Source: a bacterium (GTDB lineage: Bacteria > Patescibacteriota > Microgenomatia > Levybacterales > UBA12049). From it: a stretch of DNA of 64,000 bases. The notes beneath the pieces are model-generated. The model saw nothing but the letters and a program-made list of their open reading frames with translations, did no database searches and had not been told where the DNA came from. Below are positions 20,504 through 29,587 of this stretch, piece by piece. The stretch lies in assembly GCA_021791545.1 (NCBI GenBank), contig JAJYWL010000016.1, positions 219,704-283,703 of the forward strand. Direction: 5' to 3'. How positions within the stretch are numbered: the first letter of the stretch is position 1; the number at the start of each line of letters is the position of its first letter. A program made the translations under genes and the position numbers.

Positions 20504-21403
20504 TTATTCTTCCTTAATTATTTTCCAAACCTTTTCTCCTCCTAAGATTGTATCTGTCATAATCTTTTGATATGTAGTTAATAAAAAGGTAATTTTTGGT
20601 TCTTCATAGCTATACATAAGTTCGTCATTTATAAATTTTATGTAAAAGTTCATAATATGAAAATTAGGAAAGATAAGTATTATTTTAGGAAACTCTCCAT
20701 GCATGTTTTCGTAAAGAGCTAATTCGTTCTTTTCTTCTTTAAGTCTTATGTATTGTTTAATCCTATGTTTAATTGCATATTTTGGCATTTTTGGATCAAA
20801 GACTTCAATCATAAAACAATTATCTTCTATGGTTTCATTCCCTTTATATTTAAATTTTTCTACATATAGATCCGGGATAAACTGCTTAATGTTATTAAAT
20901 TCTTCAGTTGAACTTACTTGATTTAATTTCTCAATCCAGTTTTCAGTTTTACTAGAAATTTCATATTCAATCTCCGATTCTTTTTTACCTTTATTTTTAA
21001 GGTATTCAAAGATTTTAAATTGGGTATAAATCTCAGAGATTAGGATGCAGTGATTTATAAAAGTTTTAGAAGCATTTTTATCTTCATAGAACTTTTTAAG
21101 ATGTTTAATTTCAACTTCCCCTTCATTATTAGAGAATGATTGATAATTATATCTTGCCCAGATAATACCGTTGTTATTTAAGTAATATATTGCAGGTTTA
21201 GTATTTTCTAATAGCTTATGCGAATATATTCTTCCTAAATATTCTTTAGTAACTAAATCCTTAAGCCATACATTAATTCTTTTAGCATCTTTATGTCTTA
21301 ACAGCCTTTGTATTTGATGTCTATTAACAAATCTTAATTTAATTATTATTTCAAGTATTTCTTTTTGTTTATTTGTTATTTCAGGAAGTATTTTGTAGTT
21401 CAT
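20504..21403 (-). CDS. Replication-relaxation (Replic_Relax)-like protein
   Basis: N-terminal wHTH (ITNKQKEILE..LRFVNRHQIQRLL), PAIYYL, NHCILISEIY, PDLYV..IEV nuclease-like motif. Confidence 0.7.
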   Translation of the reverse strand: MNYKILPEITNKQKEILEIIIKLRFVNRHQIQRLLRHKDAKRINVWLKDLVTKEYLGRIYSHKLLENTKPAIYYLNNNGIIWARYNYQSFSNNEGEVEIKHLKKFYEDKNASKTFINHCILISEIYTQFKIFEYLKNKGKKESEIEYEISSKTENWIEKLNQVSSTEEFNNIKQFIPDLYVEKFKYKGNETIEDNCFMIEVFDPKMPKYAIKHRIKQYIRLKEEKNELALYENMHGEFPKIILIFPNFHIMNFYIKFINDELMYSYEEPKITFLLTTYQKIMTDTILGGEKVWKIIKEE

Positions 21404-21642
21404 ATTGTATATTGTTTTTATGAGGCAGTTTATTAGAGGCAGTATTATTTACTTTAAGGGGATTATATCACTTTTGATTATCTTTTTATCTTTACTTACT
21501 TATTTTCTTTATTCTATATTTATATAGAAAAGGAAGGAATTATAATTTACTAATTTACCCTCAAAAATAGTATCATTCGTAGCTTCAGGCTTGTCCTAGC
21601 CGGAGGGGACAGAAATTAAGCGAACCACAAGATTATTGCCTC

Positions 21643-21689
21643 TTGACAACTATCTCGATTGAGATATATACTATCTCCAATGAGATAGT
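21643..21689 (+). promoter_or_regulatory. Recombinase-operon promoter overlapped by two palindromic operators
   Basis: TTGACA(21643)-18 nt-TATACT(21667); ACTATCTC-N4-GAGATA(T/G) at 21649 and 21670. Confidence 0.8.
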
Positions 21690-21693
21690 TAAT

Positions 21694-22017
21694 ATGCAAG
21701 CCTTAGAATTACCAATAACTCAAACTACGCACTACGAAGACAATATTTCTACTAATGAATTTACTTCTCAAGCCCTGACCACAAACCCCTTCAATGTACT
21801 AGATAATTCTTTCAATCGAATTTTTAACCAAAACTTTGAGGAAAAGATAGTTCTTCAAATGAGAAAAATGCTAGGAGAAAAAGCAAATACGCTTACTGAT
21901 GAGAAAGTCGAATGCTTGGCAACAGAATTTCAATTTCTTATTAATACCTGGCTTGATGAATATGAAAGAGATGTTTTTGGGGGAATGACTTTAAAAGAGG
22001 TTTTAAACGAAAAATAA
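21694..22017 (+). CDS. Hypothetical protein upstream of the recombinase
   Basis: 107 aa from MQALEL; stop lies 2 nt before the recombinase ATG; the track TTG start is the -35 box. Confidence 0.75.
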   Translation: MQALELPITQTTHYEDNISTNEFTSQALTTNPFNVLDNSFNRIFNQNFEEKIVLQMRKMLGEKANTLTDEKVECLATEFQFLINTWLDEYERDVFGGMTLKEVLNEK

Positions 22018-22019
22018 AC

Positions 22020-23549
22020 ATGAGAAATATTATTAATAATGATACAAAACGGGCAATTATCTATATTCGTGTTTCAACTGATGAACAGGTTGATAATTTC
22101 TCCTTGGAAACCCAACAAAAAATATGCATTCAGGAGGCAGAAAGACGTGGGATGGAGATTGTCAAAACTTTTAGAGAAGAAGGGAAATCTGCAAAGACAA
22201 TAATGGGAAGACCGGTTTTGATGGAACTTTTGGAGTTTTGTCGAAAAAATAAAAGAAATATTGATGCCGTAATTGTTTATAGATTAGATAGGGTTTCTCG
22301 TCAATTGCAAGATTATTTAGCTATTCGAAAAAGACTTGCAGAATATCAAATTACAATTATTTCCGCATCTGAACCCACCGGCAATAGTCCTACCGAAAGA
22401 TTTATTGAATCAATGCTTGCAAGTTTTGCTCAAATGGACAACGATGTTAGAGGCGAAAGAGCCAAGAATGGCTTAAAAGCAAGATTTTTAGCAGGACTTT
22501 CAAGCGGCACTCTTCCTCTTGGTTATATATACGAAAACGGATATGCGGTAAAAGATCCAAACACTTGGGATAAAATAAAAAACGCTTGGGAGCTTATGGC
22601 AACCGGCACAAAAACTCTTCAGGAAATGGCTACGCTTATGAATGAATGGGGTTTAAGACAAAGATATAATATTGGCGAACAAATTATTCGGGCGCAAGCT
22701 TTAAGCCGGATGTTTAGGAATAAATACTACATTGGTATTTTAGTTTCAAGTAAATATCCCGAACAGGTTCGCGCACAACATTTACCGATGATTTCCGAAG
22801 CCATTTTTTATAGAGTCCAGGCAGCAATTGACGGAAGAAGTAATATTGTTAAAACACAAGTTTCTAGGAGAAATAAAGATAATAAAGAGTTTCCTTTAAG
22901 AAGAATTTTAGTTTGTGATCATTGTGGAAATCCTGTAACAGGAGGATGGAGTAAGGGTAAACTTACTAGATACGCATATTATCGTTGCCAAAAAGGTTGT
23001 CGTGTTCCTTCTATTTCTGCAGATAAAGTACACGAGGCAACGACTCATTTTCTATCAGGTATAACACCAACAAAAGAAGGATTAGATGCTTTCATTGCGC
23101 TTTTAAGAAGAACATATTACGAGCGAGTCACACAATTACAAAAAAGAAGAGATGAAGCAGATAACGAACTGAAAAAATTATATGAACTTCGCCAGTCTTT
23201 AATTCAGAAAAATTTAGATGGTATTTATTCCGATGAAATATTCAAAGAACAGAACAAGCTTATTGAAGAGCAAATTGCAAATGTCCAAATTACTAAAGAT
23301 GATGCATTACTTGCAAAATACAATCTTGAGGCAATTATTAAATTTATGAAAGAAAAATTTTCAAATTTAGGAAAAACTTATCAGATGTCAAACTTAAGTC
23401 AACTCCGAGTGCTCTTGTGTTCAATTTTCCCCGCTGGTATGCGTTGGAGCTATCCGGGCTACTACAACACCGAAATTAGCCCGATATATCAATCTATTCG
23501 TATGTTTGATTGTAATCAGATCTCCTCTTGTCGGGGTGCCGAGAATTGA
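22020..23549 (+). CDS. Large serine recombinase (resolvase + recombinase + Zn-ribbon + coiled coil)
   Basis: YIRVSTDEQ catalytic Ser, SLETQ, VYRLDRVSR, PLGY, CDHCG..YYRC; last codons overlap the tRNA 3' end. Confidence 0.95.
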   Translation: MRNIINNDTKRAIIYIRVSTDEQVDNFSLETQQKICIQEAERRGMEIVKTFREEGKSAKTIMGRPVLMELLEFCRKNKRNIDAVIVYRLDRVSRQLQDYLAIRKRLAEYQITIISASEPTGNSPTERFIESMLASFAQMDNDVRGERAKNGLKARFLAGLSSGTLPLGYIYENGYAVKDPNTWDKIKNAWELMATGTKTLQEMATLMNEWGLRQRYNIGEQIIRAQALSRMFRNKYYIGILVSSKYPEQVRAQHLPMISEAIFYRVQAAIDGRSNIVKTQVSRRNKDNKEFPLRRILVCDHCGNPVTGGWSKGKLTRYAYYRCQKGCRVPSISADKVHEATTHFLSGITPTKEGLDAFIALLRRTYYERVTQLQKRRDEADNELKKLYELRQSLIQKNLDGIYSDEIFKEQNKLIEEQIANVQITKDDALLAKYNLEAIIKFMKEKFSNLGKTYQMSNLSQLRVLLCSIFPAGMRWSYPGYYNTEISPIYQSIRMFDCNQISSCRGAEN

Positions 23550-23601
23550 ACTCGGCCCACACGCACCCCATGCGCGCATTCTACCGATAAACTACACCCC
23601 G
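23531..23601 (-). tRNA. tRNA-Pro (anticodon GGG), CCA not encoded
   Basis: Cloverleaf: CGGGGTG/CACCCCG acceptor stem, CGCGC-ATGGGGT-GCGTG anticodon arm, CCGAG-TTCAATT-CTCGG T arm. Confidence 0.93.
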
Positions 23602-23663
23602 AAATACCATAGTATTATATAACATTGAACTTATTTATTCATTAACTCTGATATACTTTTCTT

Positions 23664-24152
23664 ATGGAATTTACTATTTGTCCCGGATGTGGAGTAAGAC
23701 TTCTTAAATCCGATTCTTTGCCTGAGAAAAAATTTAATTCTTCCAAAGAATGCTGGGAGTTATTCTGCCAGTTATCAGCTCTCACTCCAAATTATGATGA
23801 AGAATTTATTCATCAAATGGCAATAGATACATATGAAGCGCAGCATGGAGGAGGGGATACAAAAAATATTGCAGTAGTTTTTGGACTAGCAGGATTATAT
23901 CTCTCCTTAGAGAACAATTATTCAGGAAGACAAGTTCAAAAAGCTCATATGGTTCTAGGAGAGAAAAATAAAGAATGGCCAAAATTAGAACCTCCAACTT
24001 TTAATTGGGAATATACAGTTAAAGATGTTTTGGATTCTTCTTTAGAGAAAGGTTTAAAAGAAGAGATAAGGAAATGGGCAGAAGTTACATGGAAAGGTTG
24101 GGGAGAGCAGCAAAAGACAATTGAAGATATCTGTAACTACTATTTATCTTAG
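23664..24152 (+). CDS. Conserved hypothetical protein (DUF5946-like)
   Basis: CPGCG, ECW, HQMAIDTYEAQH, GRQVQKAH pattern. Confidence 0.7.
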   Translation: MEFTICPGCGVRLLKSDSLPEKKFNSSKECWELFCQLSALTPNYDEEFIHQMAIDTYEAQHGGGDTKNIAVVFGLAGLYLSLENNYSGRQVQKAHMVLGEKNKEWPKLEPPTFNWEYTVKDVLDSSLEKGLKEEIRKWAEVTWKGWGEQQKTIEDICNYYLS

Positions 24153-24493
24153 TTTTTCTTAAGAAGTTTTCTTGAATAGTTTCCGATTATTCCCAAAACT
24201 ATTCCGCAGGCTCCTCCGAAGACTCCCAAAGCCCCAAAGGGAATAAATCTTGTAACTACTGGAGTAGTTCCTGTATATCCATGAACCATGAAGAAGAAAG
24301 AAACAAAAAATCCGAATAGGAAACCGTTTAAAAGAGCATTTCTTATTGTTTTAGAGAAATATCCAATTGTTACACCTGCCACTGTCCAGATTATTAGGTT
24401 ATATACTGAGCCTGCAAGAATATATTTTGCTAAAAGTCCTAATACAATTCCGGCAACTATGGAATAGACCATTACTCTTTGTTCTTGCTTCAT
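24149..24493 (-). CDS. Small integral membrane protein (~4 TM)
   Basis: Hydrophobic Gly-rich helices; start MKQEQ with TATCCT 6 nt upstream. Confidence 0.75.
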   Translation of the reverse strand: MKQEQRVMVYSIVAGIVLGLLAKYILAGSVYNLIIWTVAGVTIGYFSKTIRNALLNGFLFGFFVSFFFMVHGYTGTTPVVTRFIPFGALGVFGGACGIVLGIIGNYSRKLLKKN

Positions 24494-24585
24494 TAAATTA
24501 GGATAGCTCTCCAAGATTAATAAGTCAATAAATTGATAGCTTTTGACCTCTTGATATTGTTCGTAAATTTTTCTATTATATCGTT

Positions 24586-25671
24586 ATGCCAAAAGCACAA
24601 GCTACAAAACAAATGCCTAACGGACACACAGAATCCTCTCAAAAACTTGAAGCAGTAAAGCTTGCAATGGAGCAAATCGAAAAACAATACGGAAGGGGAT
24701 CCATTATGATGATGGGTCAGGCAGGAAACAGATTCGACGTTTCAGTTATCTCCACAGGCTGTCTTCCCCTCGATTTAGCACTCGGTATGGGTGGAGTGCC
24801 AAGAGGGAGAATCATCGAAATTTATGGTCCTGAAGCTTCAGGAAAAACAACGATTTGTCTTTCCGTAATTGCACAAGCACAAAAACACGGAGGCGTTGCA
24901 GCATTTATAGATGCTGAACATGCCTTGGATCCGATCTGGGCCGAACGAATCGGAGTCAAACTTGAAGATCTTCTTATCTCTCAACCTGATACGGGAGAAC
25001 AAGCTTTGGAAATTGCAGAAAGCTTAATAAGATCGGGAGGAATTGACGTATTGGTAATTGATTCGGTTGCCGCATTAACACCAAGAGCAGAAATTGAAGG
25101 TGATATGGGAGATTCTTCAATGGGACTTCAGGCAAGACTTATGTCCCAGGCATTAAGAAAATTAACAGCAGTCATTTCTAAATCTAAAACAGTGGTAATC
25201 TTTACAAACCAATTAAGACAAAAAATAGGAGTAATGTTTGGAAATCCCGAAACAACAACGGGAGGACTTGCTCTTAAATTCTATGCGTCAGTCAGAATGG
25301 ATGTTAGAAAGATAGAGACATTAAAAGACGGAGATAAAGTTGTTGGCTCAAGACATAGAGTAAAGATTGTAAAGAACAAAGTATCTGCGCCATTTAGAAT
25401 TGCAGAATTTGATGTAACAGGAGAAACAGGAATCTCAAGAGAAGGCGGAATAATGGATGTAGGGGTAGACATGGGAATAGTCCAAAAATCAGGAGCATTC
25501 TTCAGATACGGAGAAACAATGCTTGGACAAGGAAAACAGGCCGCAATGATGTTTCTTAAAGAAAAACCAGATTTGGCAAAGAAAATAGTAGACGAGATAA
25601 TGACTAAATCAAAAACATCAGGAACTCCTGTTGAAGTAGGAGTAGAAGCACCTAAAGAAGAATCTCTTTAA
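24586..25671 (+). CDS. recA: Recombinase RecA
   Basis: [40 protein letters not shown]. Confidence 0.99.
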   Translation: MPKAQATKQMPNGHTESSQKLEAVKLAMEQIEKQYGRGSIMMMGQAGNRFDVSVISTGCLPLDLALGMGGVPRGRIIEIYGPEASGKTTICLSVIAQAQKHGGVAAFIDAEHALDPIWAERIGVKLEDLLISQPDTGEQALEIAESLIRSGGIDVLVIDSVAALTPRAEIEGDMGDSSMGLQARLMSQALRKLTAVISKSKTVVIFTNQLRQKIGVMFGNPETTTGGLALKFYASVRMDVRKIETLKDGDKVVGSRHRVKIVKNKVSAPFRIAEFDVTGETGISREGGIMDVGVDMGIVQKSGAFFRYGETMLGQGKQAAMMFLKEKPDLAKKIVDEIMTKSKTSGTPVEVGVEAPKEESL

Positions 25672-26159
25672 TGGATTTTGAAATCTATTACAACAAGTGT
25701 CTCCATTTTTTATCTTTCAGACCAAGAAGCGAAAAAGAATTAAGAGAGTATCTTCATAAACCTATCTTTATAAAGAAAGCTAATGAAGAGGAAAAGCGAG
25801 AAATAGAAAATACGATCCAAGCAATAATAAAAAAATTAAAAGAATATAGATTCTTGGATGATAATGATTTCGCAAGATGGTGGGTGGAACAACGAAGTAA
25901 ATATAAACCAAGGGCAAGAAGAGTTATTGCCATGGAATTAAAACAAAAAGGAATAGCAGTAGATGTTATAGAAGAAGTTTTGGAATCGGAAGAACTTCCA
26001 AGCGAGAAAGAAAAAGTAAGAAAGCTTGCAGAAAAAAGGATATTAAAATACAAAGATTTACCAAGACAAAAAATCTACGAAAAAATGGGAAGATATCTTG
26101 CTTCAAAAGGTTTTGACTGGGAAATTATAAGAGAAAGCATTGACGATTTAATTAAGTAA
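25671..26159 (+). CDS. recX: Regulatory protein RecX
   Basis: LSFRPRSEKEL, LDDNDFA, ELKQKGI, YLASKGF; follows recA. Confidence 0.92.
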   Translation: MDFEIYYNKCLHFLSFRPRSEKELREYLHKPIFIKKANEEEKREIENTIQAIIKKLKEYRFLDDNDFARWWVEQRSKYKPRARRVIAMELKQKGIAVDVIEEVLESEELPSEKEKVRKLAEKRILKYKDLPRQKIYEKMGRYLASKGFDWEIIRESIDDLIK

Positions 26160-26273
26160 AGAGTATAATATATAAGACAAAAGGTGGATTATGAAAAGCT
26201 TAAGAATTTTTTCATTCCTTAAACTTCAAGCCTAAGAGATTAGGTTCTCCTTCTTTTGTCTTCAATTATTAAT

Positions 26274-27536
26274 ATGGCAGATAACGATTTAGCAATACTA
26301 GAAAAGAAACTTCTTGAAAGAGAAGAAAAATTAGATGCCGAGAAAGAAAAACTCGAAAAAGAAAAAGCTCATTTGCAACAGCTTAAGGATGAATATTCAG
26401 ATAAGCTTGCTCATGTCTCGGGCTTAACAAAAGATGAGGCAAGAGAAGAGCTTTTAAGACAAACTGAAGAAAGAGAAGCACAGACTGTTGCAAAAATAAT
26501 TAGGGAAAGACAGGAAGAAGCAAAAAGAACTGCAGATAAAGAAGGACAAGAAATCCTCGTAGATTCTATGCGCCACGGCGCCATCAACTTTATTCCAGAA
26601 TACACTGTCTCTGTGGTCAGAATTCCTGACGAAGAATTAAAAGGAAGAATAATCGGAAAAGAAGGAAGAAACATAAGAGCATTTGAACAGGCAACAGGAG
26701 TAGATGTTGATTTGGATGAAGAAGGAGTAATAAGACTTTCTTCTTTTGATCAGATAAGAAGGGAAGTTGCAAGAAGATCACTCGAAAAACTTATCAAAGA
26801 TACAAGGATCCAGCCTTTTAGGATTGAAGAAATTGTAGACCAGACAAAGAAAGAAGTAGAAAAAATAATGTTTGAGGAGGGAGAAAGACTTTCTCATGAA
26901 GCAGGAGTATTCAATCTTCCAGCAGAATTGATAGCAATCCTCGGAAGATTCAAATTCAGAACATCATATGGACAAAACTTGGTAGTTCATACCTTGGAAG
27001 ACGTTAAAATTGGAGTTCATATTGCACAAGAAATTGGAGCAGATGCTAATATTGTGCGACTCGGATGTCTCTTCCATGATATAGGAAAAGTAATGGAAGG
27101 TGAAGGAAGCCACGTAAAATTAGGAGTAGACCTTCTTAAAAGATTTAATATCCCCGACCAGATAGTAAATTGTGTCTGGGAACATCATGAAGACAAACCT
27201 TTTTCATCTGTTGAATCGGTAATAGTTCATATTGCAGATCAGATATCCGGAGCAAGACCTGGAGCAAGATATGAGGATGTAGAAGAATATGCAAATAGAC
27301 TTTCAGATATGGAAGAAATCGCAAAGAAATATGACGGAGTTGAAGACGCGTATGCATTTGAAGCAGGAAGAGAATTAAGAGTCATAATAAATCCGGGAAA
27401 ACTTGATGATGCACAGACGACAATAATAGCAGATAAGATAAGAGATGAGGTTGCTAAAGCATTGGCAGTTCCCGGAGAAATTAAAGTAACGGCAATAAGA
27501 GAATTTAGGGCAGTATCTACAGAGTTTTCTTCTTAA
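26274..27536 (+). CDS. rny: Ribonuclease Y, no N-terminal TM helix seen
   Basis: KH domain KGRIIGKEGRNIR, RTSYGQN, HD motif HDIGK, ARPGAR. Confidence 0.95.
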   Translation: MADNDLAILEKKLLEREEKLDAEKEKLEKEKAHLQQLKDEYSDKLAHVSGLTKDEAREELLRQTEEREAQTVAKIIRERQEEAKRTADKEGQEILVDSMRHGAINFIPEYTVSVVRIPDEELKGRIIGKEGRNIRAFEQATGVDVDLDEEGVIRLSSFDQIRREVARRSLEKLIKDTRIQPFRIEEIVDQTKKEVEKIMFEEGERLSHEAGVFNLPAELIAILGRFKFRTSYGQNLVVHTLEDVKIGVHIAQEIGADANIVRLGCLFHDIGKVMEGEGSHVKLGVDLLKRFNIPDQIVNCVWEHHEDKPFSSVESVIVHIADQISGARPGARYEDVEEYANRLSDMEEIAKKYDGVEDAYAFEAGRELRVIINPGKLDDAQTTIIADKIRDEVAKALAVPGEIKVTAIREFRAVSTEFSS

Positions 27537-28141
27537 GGTTTATTTCCTTCTACTTCGTTAAGTAATTCAGCAATTTGTTTATATGCTAGTCTTCCTTCTT
27601 GAGTATCTCCTTGGGGAAAAGCTCCCCTAAGAATTCTTCCAACTGGAGCTCCGTCTAGTTTTGCAAGTTTAACTCTATCATTTTGAGTAATCAGTCTTGC
27701 TCTAAGCTCATTAAATCTTTTGGCAAGTTCATTATAGGCGTGTGGATCTATTGGTTTTTGAAGGTCAATTGAAGAGGGCTGTAAATCTTCTTTTCTTACT
27801 GCATTTATTCCTAACGTCTGTAAATGTTCACCTATTTTATCTCTTGAAACTCCAGTGGTAATTGCGGCATTAATTATTTCTTGTATATTTTTATTCATCA
27901 CATCTTGCGGAAGTTCTTTTTTTGCGTAAGCTCTTGAGATAGCATTTAGCCAACCTCTTTCCTCTGAAGGTTTTCTATTCCAACTTCCGTCAGGATTTTG
28001 TTCCTCCGGGCGCATGGCAGAAGGTCTAATAATTTCATCTCCTATTATTGGTGGTTCTTTTCCGGGGTTTGCTTCTTGGAAATCGAAAGGTTTTCGTGTA
28101 ACACCAAGCTCTACATCACTTGGTCCATTATCTATACCCAT
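27533..28141 (-). CDS. Hypothetical protein with Pro/acidic N-terminus
   Basis: ORF from MGIDNGP. Confidence 0.7.
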   Translation of the reverse strand: MGIDNGPSDVELGVTRKPFDFQEANPGKEPPIIGDEIIRPSAMRPEEQNPDGSWNRKPSEERGWLNAISRAYAKKELPQDVMNKNIQEIINAAITTGVSRDKIGEHLQTLGINAVRKEDLQPSSIDLQKPIDPHAYNELAKRFNELRARLITQNDRVKLAKLDGAPVGRILRGAFPQGDTQEGRLAYKQIAELLNEVEGNKP

Positions 28142-28217
28142 TAAAAAGAGAATAACATAATCTAAATATTGTTGCAAAATTCTTAGGGTATTTGGCATGA
28201 TATACTAAACAAATAAA

Positions 28218-28949
28218 ATGTATTACCACACCCATGTTTACTATTCAAGAAGGATAGATAAGAATTTGGATCCGCTAAAAATTGTAGGAAGTTTTCTTCC
28301 CGATCTTGCTCTTACTTCGGTAATTAATTTCAACGACCTACATAAAAAGAAAAGTACTTTAGATTTTTTTGATTATGTTAAAAATAATGAACCTTCATTT
28401 GAACCGCTTCTTACGGGAATAAAATATCATAATAATCTTGATTATACTTCCCATGTAGAATATAAAAATATAACTCCTGGATATGCATATTCTAGTATCA
28501 CTCCCCAACTTTATGATGCAGTTTCAAAGACCAATGTTTCCGAAGAACGTATAAAAGCTTCGTGCCATAATTACATAGAAAACGGAGTAGAATTTCATAT
28601 CTTATGTGAAGAGCCTTTTTTAGAATCATTGGTCAAAGACTCAATCGAGAATACAGATACAGAAAAACTTATAAAGTTATTATCCGGATTTTTTGGAAAA
28701 TCTGAAAATGAATTTAGAGAATCACTTAGAGTGTTTTTCTCTTTTGTAACCGGTTATGATTTCAGGGACATAAGTGGATGGGTAGATTTTACTGTAGATT
28801 TGAATAAGTATTATCTTAAAGTCGATATAGATAAAGAATTGACTAAAGAAGCTTTAAATATCGCACTTGATATAACTAAACCTACTTATAAAGAATATTT
28901 GGATTTTTCCATTGCTTTAGAGGATAAGGAAGTTAAAGACGCTAACTAA
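28218..28949 (+). CDS. Putative zinc-dependent phospholipase C-like metallohydrolase
   Basis: N-terminal HTH sequence (His-Thr-His), GSFLPD, HNNLDYTSH, HNYIE metal-ligand pattern. Confidence 0.55.
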   Translation: MYYHTHVYYSRRIDKNLDPLKIVGSFLPDLALTSVINFNDLHKKKSTLDFFDYVKNNEPSFEPLLTGIKYHNNLDYTSHVEYKNITPGYAYSSITPQLYDAVSKTNVSEERIKASCHNYIENGVEFHILCEEPFLESLVKDSIENTDTEKLIKLLSGFFGKSENEFRESLRVFFSFVTGYDFRDISGWVDFTVDLNKYYLKVDIDKELTKEALNIALDITKPTYKEYLDFSIALEDKEVKDAN

Positions 28950-29174
28950 CTATTTTTTTCTGTAAATCTCCCGCCAGTAGAAAAGAGCAGCAACAATATT
29001 CATGAATACAAAAGCAAACGCCCAGTCTGTCTTTGGATTTGGTACTTTTCCTATTCTGATAAAACATTCGGGAAGATCCTGATTATTTGTCATATCTAAA
29101 AACATCCACAGCCAAAATATTTCAAGAAGAAATGGTATTAGAACAATAATTAAATTAAAGTAGGATGTGGTCAT
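28950..29174 (-). CDS. Small 2-TM membrane protein (PLDc_N-like)
   Basis: FWLWMFLD...W...FMNIVAALFYW; TATAAT 6 nt upstream of ATG 29174. Confidence 0.65.
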   Translation of the reverse strand: MTTSYFNLIIVLIPFLLEIFWLWMFLDMTNNQDLPECFIRIGKVPNPKTDWAFAFVFMNIVAALFYWREIYRKK

Positions 29175-29275
29175 ATGGAGATTATAATCTCCAAAAATCC
29201 CCTTGACAAGTTTTAGTTTAGCTTGTATTGTAAAGGATATTAACTCATCAGGGTAAGAAAGGAAGGTGAAATTTT

Positions 29276-29548
29276 TTGACAAAAAAAGACTTAGTTGAAC
29301 TAGTTGCAAAGAAATCTAATTTAACAAACAAAGCAGCAAAAGAATCAGTTTCTGCTTTTTTAAACGGTATTAGAGATTCTTTGAAAAGAGGAGAAAAAGT
29401 TGTAATTACTGGATTCGGGACTTTCTCTGTAAGAAAGAGAGCTACAAGACCCGGAAGAAACCCAAAGACAGGGGAAAGAATTACAATCAATGCAAGAAAA
29501 GCGCCGGGATTCACTCCAGGTAAAAGCTTAAAGAAAGCAATAAGGTAA
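29276..29548 (+). CDS. hup: DNA-binding protein HU
   Basis: GFGTF, RPGRNPKTGE, PGFTPGKSLK; TTG start with AAGGAAGGTGA SD; TTGACA-17 nt-TATTGT promoter. Confidence 0.96.
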   Translation: MTKKDLVELVAKKSNLTNKAAKESVSAFLNGIRDSLKRGEKVVITGFGTFSVRKRATRPGRNPKTGERITINARKAPGFTPGKSLKKAIR

Positions 29549-29587
29549 TTTTTAAAAAGGGCCCTTTACTGGTATAATACTCTTAGT

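Larger units (their letters stand above)
12240..23534. mobile_element. ~11.3 kb integrative (probably mobilizable) element inserted in the 3' end of tRNA-Pro(GGG)
   Basis: Large serine recombinase reading into the tRNA 3' end; Replic_Relax-like gene; XRE; accessory cargo; GTCGG repeated at 12240-12244 and 23530-23534. Left boundary is inferred. Confidence 0.75.

Noticed and set aside
12240-23601. Prophage, or a long tRNA-derived att duplication
   Set aside because: No structural phage genes, and no long duplicated tRNA 3' end. Only a 5-bp core was found, which fits a serine rather than a tyrosine recombinase.
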